Shown here piece by piece: positions 17,608 through 29,859 of a stretch of 64,000 nucleotides of DNA; the stretch's first letter is position 1; each line of letters opens with the position of its first letter. A program made the position numbers and the translations under genes. The DNA is from Macrostomum lignano. Taxonomy: Eukaryota. The stretch is from the NCBI GenBank assembly GCA_002269645.1, contig NIVC01000778.1:186001-250000 (forward strand). The letters run 5' to 3'. The notes beneath the pieces were generated by a model. It saw only the letters and a program-made list of their open reading frames with translations, was not told where the DNA came from and made no database searches.

Positions 17608-18112
17608 GGCAGTGCTTATCCCCACGGTACCGTAGGAATAATTTCTGTCTTATTCCAACGGTACCATGCGAATAATTTTCTGCCTATCCGCACGGCACAC
17701 TGACGAGATAGCTGCCCTATCTTCTACATATGCCGTGCGAATAATTTTCTGCTTATCCGCATGGCACGCAATTTAAATCATTTGTTACTACACAAAAAAA
17801 TTCTTTCTCATAGTAAAGTCGTTAAATCTTTATTTCTTTAGAACAAATGTTCAAGCCAAGTTATGTTGTTATACTGCACTCAAATCGTAGGGGCCTATGT
17901 ACTTAACTTCCCACATGGCATATGTAGAAGATAGGGCAGCTATCTCCTCAGTGTGCCGTGCGGATAGGCAGAAAATTATTCGCACGGCATATGTAGAAGA
18001 TAGGGCAGCTATCTCGTCAGTGTGCCGTGCGGATAGGCAGAAAATTATTCGCATGGTACCGTTGGAATAAGACAGAAATTATTCCTACGGTACCGTGGGG
18101 ATAAGCACTGCC
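17608..18112. mobile_element. Mutator (MULE)-type foldback MITE, 505 bp
   Basis: Long TIRs beginning GGCAGTGCTTATCCCCACGGTACC (arms ~17608-17768 and ~17908-18112), 69-bp subterminal repeat, perfect 9-bp TSD tttgttaaa (17599-17607 and 18113-18121). Confidence 0.88.
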
Positions 18113-18889
18113 TTTGTTAAAATGCATATTATAAGCTTAAAAACTAGAGAGCTTAAAATTATTTTTCAAAATTTTCAATTTTTTCTACTTAATGATAACT
18201 CTTCTGCTTGATTCTATAAAGTACATACCAGGTGTATACCTACACTATTTTCTTAGGCCTACAAATAATAGACATCAACTATATATGCCTAACTTTTGCC
18301 TTTGGCATGTAAGACCAATGCATAGACCTACCTTAACCTAATTTTTGGGCATAGGATAGGCCTATTTATAATTTAGAATGTAGTTTAGAAGCTTAATAGG
18401 CCTAAATGTTAGATTCCAACTGAGATCTCAATCTCAATCTTGAAATTTCAAGACTTTGCAATTTTAAATTTAATTTTATAAGACATAAAATTCTCAAAAT
18501 TTTGAAAATAGGCTTAGTAGAATTTAAAAATAGTTGAGCAAGATTAAATTGAATATAGAAAATTTAAATTTTTATAAAGATACAAAACCATAATAATATT
18601 GAAAATCAACTAATAAAGCCAACGAGTTAGTATACACAAACTCTATTGGCAGTAATACCTTTGATCTCTAGGCAAAATCCTTTGTGCATGCCTGAACTAA
18701 ATATAGTCTGACAATTTGGCCATGGATATGGTTGACAATGTTGAGACTCTGCTAGCCTAGCACTTGGTGACTTGTTTATCTTGGGCCAATATTTTATGTA
18801 GGACCCTGAGCCACCAAGAACCAGAGGCTGCTGCTATTGGAGCATCAAAGACCATGGCTGCTGAGTAATAATTAAAATACAAAATAAGA

Positions 18890-19123
18890 CATACATGCGC
18901 AACTGCTGGCCAACCTGGCCGATCTGGCCACCATAAATTGTGGTGGACCAGGGGTAAGTTGCAAAAATTCCTAGCCTAAAGAATGCAGACATAGTACTAA
19001 TTAGATGATGAGGCATTTAGTGCTTATAAGACAGTCATAGTTACTCCTGCTGTTTACCCAAAATTTTTAGTCTTTTAAGTAAGTCGCATGGCCACTGTAA
19101 ATCAAGGGGGTTGCGTATATATG
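18890..19123. mobile_element. hAT-type MITE (subfamily A), 234 bp
   Basis: TIR CATACATGCGCAAC / GTTGCGTATATATG. Perfect 8-bp TSD aaataaga. Confidence 0.85.
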
Positions 19124-20385
19124 AAATAAGATGACTAAGACATATTTTAATTATACTATAGGCTAAATTTTATATATAACTTATTATTATAAATACTATT
19201 CTTTTTTACAAATTTTCAATTGTAGCCTGATCTCCAATTCTCAATTGACTTGTTCTTCATCTTGAATTTTTATAAATTTCTTGCTTAATCTTACTTGAAA
19301 TCAAAATCTGATCTTGGTTAGACTATTAGAGGTTTTAAAGAACTTGAAATTAGACCTGAAGCTAAATAGCTAAATAAAGCTTAACAACTAGGGCCTATTC
19401 AATGCCAATGATACAAAGCTGCCCAGCCATTATATTATTTATTTGACTTTATTAAATTCAATTTTAAATTTAAATTTCAACTTTATATGCCATTAAATAG
19501 TTGTTTTGTCTACCAGAAAATTAAGAAAATTAGAAAATGTCATAGTAGACAAAATGACTACATTCCATATGTAACCTTTATTGCAACCTATGCCTATTGT
19601 ATATTAGATAATCATATTAGGCTAGGCCTGCTTTGTCACACTTTAGTATTTTTAAGTGTTGCCAACTAAGGCTAAGCCCACTAGAGAGACTTTGCTCTAC
19701 TCATTATGCTTTGCCATATTATTATTAGGTTCTTTAAAGTTATAGTGCTAGGCATTTGGCTTTTTTGCATTGTTGCACTATATATATTTGTATAATATGC
19801 AATTTTATAATATATTAGATACTAGATAATATATTTTTTTTCCTGAAATCTATCACATATATCTATAAACAAAACATTTAAGTATATGGATACTATATTA
19901 TGCATAATGCTTTTTATACTGTATAATATATTAGATGTCCTATAAGTATAAGACTAAGCAATAAGATGTTTCTGCCAAATGTACTATATAATAGTTGAGA
20001 AAATTGGGACTGGCTATAATTTGGCATGTCTTTATTACTTTAAACTAGGTCTATAGCCATATTAGAAAAGTGACTTTTCATGGATGACTATCCAGCACAC
20101 TTTGAAAAGTGTTGGTGCATAATGCCTAATGTGCCATGCCTTTCTAGTGCAGATTAGAGGAATTGATAAGCAGACTTGATGAGTGGCATGAAGATCATTA
20201 GCTTATTTTATAACAAACTCATAATTGTCCAAAATCTACTAAAACACTTATGAGCCTAAAGGCCTGATTAAATCTTGTAAGGAAGATTAGCTGTATTATT
20301 ACATAATTCTACCTCTTGTATATATCTTTTCATGGTTTAAAAAATCTGATTGATTTCTGTTATCACCAGATCAAATCTAGTGAGC

Positions 20386-23300
20386 ATGTACTCACAGAAA
20401 CCAGTCACCCTGCGAGCTGGCGAATTTCATCTATCGCCAAATGAGCTGGAATTGGCGGCTAGGTTAGAAGCTCAGAGAAGACGACTATTGCGCTTGAGTC
20501 AGGTGGGTCAGATTGAAGCTTGGTTCATTTATTTAGTGCGAATTGCAATTGAGGATCATTATTGCGATTTTGGCGCCCTGTGTTCTACTTTAGCGCTCCC
20601 TATGATCCAATTTGGTGCCCCTATGATCCAATTTGGTGCCCCCATGATCCAATTTGGTGCCTCCATGATCCAATTTGGTGCCCCTATGACCCAATTTGGT
20701 GCCCCTATGACCCAATTTGGTGCCCCCATGATCCAATTTGGTGCCCGCCTATGATCCAATTTGGTGCCCCTATGACCCAATTTGGTGCCCCCATGATCCA
20801 ATTTGGTGCCCGCCTATGATCCAATTTGGTGCCCCTATGATCCAATTTGGTGCCCCTATGATCCAATTTGGTGCCCCTATGATCCAATTTGGTGCCCCTA
20901 TGATCCAATTTGGTGCCCCCATGATCCAATTTGGTGCCCCTATGACCCAATTTGGTGCTCCCATGATCCAATTTGGTGCCCCTATGATCCAATTTGGTGC
21001 CCCTATGATCCAATTTGGTGCCCCTATGATCCAATTTGGTGCCCCTATGATCCAATTTGGTGCCCCTATGATCCAATTTGGTGCCCCTGACCCAATTTGG
21101 CGGCCCTTATCATCCAATTTGGTTCCCCCATGATCCAATTTAATTTCCCCATGATCAAACTTGGTGCACCATGATCCAATTTGATGCCCCATGATCCAAT
21201 TCGATGCCCAATGATCCAATTTGGTGCCCCCATGATCCAATTTGATGCCCCATTATCCAATTTGATGCCCCATGATCCAATTTGAAGACTCTTATGATTC
21301 AATTTGGTGCCCCCATGATCAAATTTGATGCCCCCATGATCCAATTTGATACCCCATGATCCAATTTGATACCCCATGATCCAATTTGATACCCTATGAT
21401 CCAATTTGATACCCTATGATCCAATTTGATACCCTATGATCCAATTTGATACCCTATGATCCAATTTGATACCCTATGATCCAATTTGATACCCCATGAT
21501 CCAATTTGATACCCCATGATCCAATTTGATACCCTATGATCCAATTTGGTGCCCCCCCCCATGATCCAATTTGATGCCCCCTATGAAATGCCGCCAGGTG
21601 CGCCAACAATCCCGCGATTGGTCAGCCCGAGTTCGACGCCGATGCCGACAGGCCGAGTCCCGCGAAGCTCGCCGAATAGTTTCGGCTGAACGAGCCGAAG
21701 AAGCCGCCGACCGGCTGGCCGAAGCCGACGAGCTCGCGTCCGCCTACGCGGCCGCGTTGGCCAGCCTGGGCCAGAGTCACCGCGCCGCCGACGCATTGCC
21801 AGATCCGGCGGTGGAGACGGCGGCCGAGTTGGCGGCGAATCAAGCGGCCGCCGAACAGCGTCACACCGTTGCTTTGGACGTTCTGCGCGAATCGCGCGCC
21901 AACGCTAACGAGCGCAAACGACAGGCCGCCAGCCAGCGCGAGGCCGCTCTAGTTGTCGAACGCGAACGGTCCGCTAAGATTGCCGCCCTGCCGCCGCCGC
22001 CGCCTCCGCCATACGCGGTGCCGCCAGCGCCGACGCCTCTGGTGGCCCATTGCGACCGCGACGCTATGGACACGAGATTCTACGGCGCCCCACCAGACGG
22101 TTACGAGGTCGCTAAAGCGGCGGCGCTGTCCGATAAAGAGAACAATTGTGAGCAAGTTGAGACGGCTGCTGATGCAGCTTTGGCTGAGACTGCGCGGTGT
22201 CAGGTGAGAATTTGTCAACGAGTATTTTATGATTAATACTAATGGTTTATTACCGGGCTAATCTTCAACAAGTTCGCTTCAGTCTGTAGATGGAAAACAC
22301 TCTATCAAGCTTCTTGTCACGTAAATAGCAATTCCGCACCGTCGTAATTTACATGCGACTATTACATTACTGCCCCCATTCCGCCGACTCCCCTGAGCAG
22401 GCACACAAGCGCGCGGATACGTACGCAGTCATACGCACAGGCACACACTCACACAGGAGTGTACAGCGGCCCTAACTTTATTTATCGTTGGGCATGTACA
22501 CTTCACTGTGCCTTTGGGGTTGGCCCTCAAGCTGGGCGTTAATTGCACGAGCAGAGCCAAGCCGAGATTCCAATTTAGCCTCAAATTAATGAAACTGCAC
22601 TTGGCATCGAGCCTGGGCCGCTGGCACACCAGAAACCACTAGGCCCGCATGACAAAACCTCTGTCCAAATTCGGCCAACTCACGCCACGTCACAGATTAC
22701 CTGTTTCTTTCTAATGCAGTCACGTGATAAAACAATAAATTCTAACCCTAAAATTCCACGCAACCGCAGGCTTCGGCAGAGGCCGCTGAGCGGCAGGCCG
22801 AAGTCAACACTGAACGAGCGGCAGTTCGCGGCCAGACAGCAATGCGTAGAGAATTCGTACAGCAGGCCTACCAACAGATGCTGACAGATCTGGCCGGTTT
22901 GCACAGGGCCGAGTTGCACAATCGTCAGCTACAGTTTGGCCAGTTGCCTAGAGATAACCATCAACTGCAGCAGCGTAGAACACTGTACAATGGGTCCATT
23001 GGTCGCAGTCAAGCTGAGCGAGTATTTGAGCAACGATTTCTACTGCAGTCGGATCCGGCCGTTAGTGAAATGCAACTGCGAGACCATCTTGATGAAGACG
23101 ATGAAGGGGACACGAAACCTAGGCCGGGGATTCCTCTACCAACTGAGACATCGCCGCAGAAACCAACGCCTGACAATGAGAATGAGCCGGATCACCAAGG
23201 CAGCGAGAATGCGGTAAAAACGGAGAAACCTGCCGCACAGTTAAAGCCGTTGCTTGATCGAATCAATCGACAGAAAAAGCTAATAAATGGAACTCAACAA

Positions 23301-26300
23301 TCAACTGTTGATACGCGTTTAGATTTGTCGCGTTTAGTTGAAGCTGGCCAAATTCGCAGCCAGGTGCACGAGAGATTGCGCTCGCTTGAACGGGACATTG
23401 CCGAACGAGAACGATTCCTTGGCGAGCCGACAGCCGCTACCGATCGGGACACTGTTACAAATCCTGATTCGGGATTTAGTACAGCTAGAACTGCGGCTGC
23501 TACGCTATCTAGCGATCGTACGCGACAGCAGCAGCATCAACAATTGTCAACTAGATTGGAACCCTTAACTGAAGAGCAAGCCGAATTGCAGCGCTTAGAG
23601 AATGAATACGCTCTATTGGAGGAGAGGCTAGCAAAGTTGCACGGAGAAACAGGCGGCGAGCTGGACTGCGGTCAAGATGAATCTGCTGCTGCTGCAGGCA
23701 ATGATAGCGGAGCCGAAGATTTGACTTATCGCGATTATAACGATAGCGACAGGCCGCCTGTTGCTGAAACGCAAGCCGATGCTATCACTGTTAAAACGGC
23801 CAATTCGGCTCCATTTCTAGCTAGCAACAATCAGCGCCGCGATTCCGTTGCTAGTTCGACTGCTTCAACTTTAAACGAGCGTGTTAGAGAATTTCAGCGT
23901 CGAGCTTTGCAGCGACTTGGCTCGACACAAACTGTCAGTAGCGCTGGCGGAGAACCGCCTGCTTCCATTGCACCCGCAGCTGCTCCGGCAGCGTCCGTTG
24001 GTGTTCAAACTGCTAGATCTTCCGCTGGTCGCGACCGTCATAGTGCCAGTTTACTGCAGGCGCCAAGTTGCAGTTGCAGCAGTTGCGGCGACGACGAATA
24101 CGATAACGACTCTGTTGAATCTGGACGATCTTCAATAGTTTCGTGTCCTCGACATCCTGACCGTCGACTCAGTCGCAGAAGTCGACCCTTCGAACATCGC
24201 GTTGTTGTTGAACGTCGTCAACAGGGCAGCTCATCGGCTGCCGCATCTTCGCCGAGCGCCGCTGTAGCCGCCAAGCTTCGATCGGCTAAACGACAATTAG
24301 AAATCGAACGCGAAAAAGAAGACCTAATGCAACAATTTCTTAGATTGAGATTGCTTCAAGAGCAACGCGCGCAGTTAGATAATCTAGTGGCTAGTCTCGG
24401 TAGTACGACTGCTGCAGCTGCTGCAGCCGCCGCTGCCGCAGCGGCCGCTTCTAATTCTAATGTGGAACAGCAGCAACCGTCTTATCCAACTCAGTTGCCA
24501 GTAGCTGCAGCTGCCGTTGCTGCGGCGGAAGCGGAATTCGCTACCGCTAGTTGCAGTTGCGTGGATGAAAGTTCAACTAGCATTGAGACGGACTATGAGT
24601 ACGAAGAAAATGAGAGCGTACCTGTCCCCGTTGCTCATAGGGATGCTAATAGTGAATCTGTTAACTTCAACACGCCTGGGGAGGACGAAGCGGGGCCATT
24701 CGTTGCTAAGGCAACAGCGGATGATACAATCGTTGATGACACCCAGCAACAGCACCAGGAAGGTCAGCTTAGCCCAGTAACAAGAGACGAAGGCCTCGGA
24801 GCGCCTGTAGAACCGTTACCAGATCCTCGCACTGATCAAGCCGATTGTAGTGCAACCATTGAAGCGCTTCCAGTTGATGATAACACTGCCGGATCCTTCT
24901 CGGGTTTAATTGCCCAGCCTGAGGCGGCGGCTTCCTTCTCGGAATCGGCTGCTAATTCCTCCGCCACGCCCTCTTCCTATTTGCCTGAGTTTTTGCCCAT
25001 AGCAGCCACCGCGCCAGCGCGGCAGCAGGCGGCTGGCGAAGAAAATCGCGATCCAACAGGCCTGACCGACTTCTTTCTTGTTTTCGATGCCGGCCGCAGG
25101 CCTCCGCCGCCGGCTGTGGCTATTCGGCATCCAAATTTGGCCGTTGAGCAGCAGCACGAGTTGAGCACGATTGCCGAAGTGGACACTCCGACGGCTACCA
25201 CTATTACTGGCGCCGCATTCTCTTCCACCCTGCGACCGAATCAGCGTCAGAAACAGCAAATGCAGCAGAGTACTATTACTAATAGTAGTAGTACCGACTA
25301 TACCGACGATATTATTGCCGAAGCGTTTGGCGACGGCCGAGGCGAAGCGTACGACAGCGACGACGCCGACTCTTGCAGTCCGTGCCCGGACGGTATCGAA
25401 ATTGCCGGCGGTAGCGGCGCGGCAGCCGCCACGTCGCAGTTGCACATTCAGGCGCAGAAGATTCGCCTATTGCGAGAATATTTCTCAGCTAATTCGCATC
25501 GATTAGCCGAGCTGCGATCGGTGTCAGCCGATGATGCCTGTGCCAGCAGAAGAAGCAGCAGCAGTAGCAGCGGTGTTGACGCATCGGGAATATCGCAGAG
25601 GCCGCTATCAACTGCGGTTGAAGACACTGACGAACAGAATCAAAGCGAATCTGCAACGCTAGGCGTTGATGATAATGACAGCGATGATGAGAGCACCATC
25701 TCAGCGGATGAAGTGGCTGATGATGACGCAGATTATCATGCGCCAAATTTTGAGGCCAGTCCAACCTATACGCTACCTCTTGCGACTACGTCAGTTGAAA
25801 CAAAGACAACTGAGACGGTTGCAATAAATGTGGCAGAGTCAACTCTAGGCGTTCCAGGCGCTGTTTCGCAGGCGCCACTGCCCGACTCGTCAACATCTTC
25901 GCTAGATTTTACAATTCGACCAATTGATTACATTGCAGCTGGTGCTGCTACTGGCGCTTCTGAGGTTGCAATTTTTTCCCAGCTGCCTTTGCCAGATTCA
26001 GACACTTTACCGGCTGGTGCTGCAACGGTCACGACAAAGTCTGCCAGCACTCTTACCCAGGTACCACTGTCTGGCTCGCTTACAACTCTTACTAACAATA
26101 GTGGTAATGGTAATACCGTAGTTGGCGATTTCGGCATTGCACCGCGTTCTTCGAAATCTACGGGTGAATTAGACACTGCAGGTCTGATTACCCAGGTACC
26201 TCTGGCCGATACCACTGCTGCATCGACTGTTAAACCTTGTGGCAGCGAACTGACTGCTGCTGCTGCTGGCTCTGCATCCTCTGGCATCGGAGCTGTTACC

Positions 26301-27224
26301 CAGCATCCGTTAGCTGACTCTTCATCCGCAACTGCTCATCAAATTGTCGGTGGTAGTCTCGATGGAATTTCTCAGCATCCGTTATCGTCAGCATCCGCTT
26401 CATCCTCTCTAATAACAGTTGCTCAAAATTCATCTGGCGCTGTCACTATACCGTTGGCAGGTAAAAGTTCTACTACAGCAGCCGGTAGTTCGTCAATTAG
26501 TCAGCATCCAATTAGCCAAAGCAACGGCGGTGCCAACGGTTCAACTAGTGCTACGCAGGATCTTTCATCCGGGTCGCCATCCGCTTCTCTTGCATCGTTT
26601 CGTCGACACGAATTAGAAGTGATGTCAGCCTGCAGTGCCGGGTCGCCGTCGTCAGCCACTCTGCCAGCTGCTAGCAATCAAGTTGACCCGTTGCTAGGTA
26701 CAGCTACGAGTCTGGAAACTATTCGTTCGGCCACGGAAGCTGTTCGAAAACGAGCCGAAGCGAAACAGCAGAACAAGCAGCAAAAGCAGCAGATTAGTGA
26801 GAAGATTAGTGAGAAGAAGCATTCCGACAAGTCAAATGTGTCTTCAACTAGCGACATACAACGCGATATTGAACGTCTTCAAACTGCTTTAGAATCTTGG
26901 AAAGCCGCTAGAGTTGCTAATAGTTCAACAGCGAATATTACTAATAGAGGCGCCGTTGCTACTACTACTAATACTAAGACTACGACAGTAGTAACTAAAG
27001 ACTCTGAGCAGCGCAAGGCTCAAGAACTAAACGCCGTTGAGCACAGCCGTCGGCTTTATCAAAATCTCGAAGAGGTTCAGCGTCGCCGATTGGCAGACGA
27101 GCGGCTCCAGGAACGGCGAGAGAATATCGAGAAGGCGAAAGAGTTCAATAAGCGAATGCGGGAACAGGCTAGACGTAAGCAACAATTGCAGAAGCAGCAA
27201 AAGCAACACGAACAAGATAAATGA
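20386..27224 (+). CDS. CEP295: Centrosomal protein CEP295 / Ana1 orthologue, ~1725 aa, 3 exons
   Basis: Exons 20386-20502, 21598-22203 and 22770-27224, all phase 0, GT-AG. N-terminus LSPNE...RRRLLRLSQVRQQ, SLGQSHRAA, ALVVERERSAKIAALPPPPP and RAAVRGQTAM resemble the CEP295 N-terminal coiled-coil. C-terminal HSRRLYQNLEEVQRRR...KAKEFNKRMREQ is an ALMS-type motif. Recognised from memory, not searched. Confidence 0.85.
20600..21585. repeat. 21-bp minisatellite in CEP295 intron 1 (cctatgatccaatttggtgcc)
   Basis: Tandem array. The unit drifts to ...tttgatacc at the 3' end and stops just before the acceptor at 21596-21597. Confidence 0.95.
22365..22577. mobile_element. Dispersed hairpin element, copy in CEP295 intron 2
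   Basis: Near-identical to 2638-2851, with the same boundaries (cattactgcc ... aattta). Confidence 0.75.
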
Positions 27225-27624
27225 TTATCTGATTGTATAATGCATTTTGCGAACTAAACGATACGAGCAAAGCAAGTTTTTTTTTGTTTAAAATAGAATA
27301 AAAAACTATGGAAGAATGTTGAAAAATCGAATAAGGCGCAGATATTTAACTATTAGTTACGACTCACAACAATCTACTATTAATATTGTCTTCCCAAGGG
27401 AGGGGGCAGAGCAGTCAGCAGTAAACCTGTTAAAAACATTACCGTGACCAGAATCGCTTGAAAGTGTCATTGCTAAAAGTCGTCCAAGAGTTGTTCTACC
27501 AGCGCTTAAATCTCTCCTAACACAAGTAGACTAGATTGTAGTTTTTTTTAAATGCAAAATGCGATTCAAATTCATACAGTGACGCAGATGCACTTTAGAC
27601 GCAATTTAGTGATTCTACAGCGAC

Positions 27625-27873
27625 TCACTTGCGTCGCCCCAGAGTCGTTTGAAAGTCGCAGACAATGAAACGCCTCAAATAGACTCTTAGGCAACTTTTT
27701 GGCGACTTGTAGATTGTGCCAAGTGGTCTGAGGTGCCCAGAGTCGTTTTCAGAGTCGCAGGATATTAAACGCTTGAAGATGATTCTTGAGCGACTCTTTG
27801 ACAATTTTTTGGCAGTTTGTACCGTGACATCTCCTCGTTTAGAGTCGTTTAGACTATGGGGCGACGCAAGTGA
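27625..27873. mobile_element. MITE-like element with 17-bp inverted repeats
   Basis: TCACTTGCGTCGCCCCA (27625-27641) / TGGGGCGACGCAAGTGA (27857-27873), with repeated internal gagtcg/cgactc motifs. No TSD recognised. Confidence 0.55.
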
Positions 27874-27909
27874 CTCTGGGACGCTACTTGCCCCAGGGGT
27901 ACCGTTTTC

Positions 27910-28022
27910 ATCGGGAGGGCCAACTCCCCAAAGACACAGAGTGTGTACAAACCTGATGAGTAGAAAGTAATAAGGGCCGCTGTACGCCCTGTGTATGTGC
28001 TCAGGATTCGGTGGAATGAGTA
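27910..28022. mobile_element. Dispersed hairpin element, inverted and diverged copy
   Basis: GGGAG-GGCCAA-CTCCC...ACACAG-AGTGTGTACA..CCT..AGG-GCCGC-TGTACGC-CCTGTGT...gctcagg.ttcggtggaatg matches the reverse complement of the other copies. Confidence 0.65.
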
Positions 28023-28486
28023 GAATTGCCTCAACTGGTTGGTTGGCTGTCTGGTTGCTAGGCAATGTCGCCGAAAGCGCTGTTATCAATGGTAACTGCT
28101 TAGATTTGATGGTGAAATTGCTTTGCTCTTAGACTCGATTAGCTGGCAAAATGCTGTATACTGGAGTACTTTAAAAAAAACAATCTTCGTGTTATCCCTG
28201 CAGGCCGGAGTTTTTATGTAATTAAACTAAACGACCAATTTAAGTAGTAGAGAAAAATCTATAATTACAGCTTAGTTTATTTTTCCAATTTATACGGCAT
28301 ATTTTTTATCTGAATTATAAATTTATCCGTCCGAAAACGATTACTGTCCTATAATTAATTAATCACCTTTTCTCTTGTGCATGCTTGACCGTCTGTAGTC
28401 TTGGCTGCTAAGGCTGGTCCTTGTTAATTCATTCCATCAATCTAATTGTGCCGTTATCGCTATAAATTGATTTTTTTTGTTTCAAG

Positions 28487-28867
28487 CACAGATACTAGAA
28501 TAACTAGATGGGCCACTTAGCAAATTTGCGTGTAAGCTACTTTCAGTTCAGTAGTAAATTAAGCACAAGCATTTTAATGTATTTTAAAGCCAAGGCTCAT
28601 TATTGGCTCTTACCCCCAGCTTAGACCGCGACTTTCCACACCCACCCCAATTTTGATTGCCTTTCTCGGAATTCCAGCCTAAAGCTGCCATGTACAGGTG
28701 GCCTGGCTAATGTACATTACTGCTGAACCAATTAGCAAGTTGTTTACGCCTGCTAATATAGTATAGCTTATGTGTTCTTCTTTGCTGCTGAACTGGAAGT
28801 AGAAGGCTGTTTTTCTTTCGTATATATATATGCCTGAGTGGCCCATCTAGTTATTTTAAAATCTGTG
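28487..28867. mobile_element. MITE-like element with 31-bp imperfect inverted repeats
   Basis: cacagatactagaataactagatgggccact / agtggcccatctagttattttaaaatctgtg. No TSD recognised. Confidence 0.55.
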
Positions 28868-29249
28868 GTTTTAAGTAAAATTAGCGACTCAGTTGCATGT
28901 TACTACTTTCTTATCCATTACAAGACCAACCAGTACTAAATCTAACTACTTGTAAGCCTATGCTGTGCGCATTCCGTATAATTAAAAAAATACATTCAAA
29001 AAGCTTTTCTCTATAATACAAGCTTAAAATTGGTTTATCTTCCTATGGTTTTTTTATCTAATTAAATTAACTTTGGGATACTGAGTATCTGATTGGTCAA
29101 GCACATTCAAGAAGCCTTTTTGCAACCGAAGGTTTGAAAAAATCATGATTTGCAGTATTTACTTGCATCACTTTGGATAACCACACCTAGTCGAGAATGA
29201 GAATATAGCATGCTAATACAGATTATTAATATAATTAGTAGATAACAGT

Positions 29250-29337
29250 AGATCCTCAGTTGCTGGGCCAGCCTCCCAGATCCTCAGTTGCTGGGCCAGC
29301 CTCCCAGATCCTCAGTTGCTGGGCCAGCCTCCCAGAT
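29250..29337. repeat. 28-bp unit x3 (agatcctcagttgctgggccagcctccc)
   Basis: Three exact tandem copies. Confidence 0.95.
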
Positions 29338-29516
29338 TTTTAGTACTAGTTTCTTATCTTATCGAAAAAGCAATGGTTAGTTGTCTATGGAAGAAATCAT
29401 ATAGATAATATTATTTTCCTATTGATCAAGCCTCTCACGAAGCGTGTGACAATCATGCATTACAAATTCCATAGACAATTACAATCATGCATATGTGGCA
29501 ACCCAACATACGTCTA

Positions 29517-29741
29517 GGGTCTGGTTTGAACCATAGACATAAGTAGCTGCAACAGAAAGCGAGCCTTTTGTTAGGCAGAAAGAGGACAGAAGGGTCTGGT
29601 TTGAACCATAGACATAAGTAGCTGCAACAGAAAGCGAGCCTTTTGTTGGGCAGAAAGAGGACAGAAGGGTCTGGTTTGAACCATAGGCATAAGTAGCTGC
29701 AACAAAAAGCGAGCCTTTTGTTGGGCAGAAAGAGAACAGAA
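29517..29741. repeat. 75-bp unit x3 upstream of the Crypton ORF, each carrying CCATAG
   Basis: gggtctggtttgaaccatagacataag...ggacagaa in three copies (25-aa period in the antisense ORF). Confidence 0.95.
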
Positions 29742-29859
29742 GCGCAGTCCGAAGCCTTTGAGAATACAAACACATTGCTAGCTTATTTGACACTGGAGAA
29801 AGATGATCAACTGGAAGCATTAACCAGTAGAATCCCTCGATGGCGTTACATCAAGCGAA

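Noticed and set aside
27950-27975. CTGATGAG..GAAA..GTA hammerhead-like core in one hairpin-element copy
   Set aside because: There is no stem II or C before GAAA, and the motif sits in the variable loop and is absent from the other four copies.
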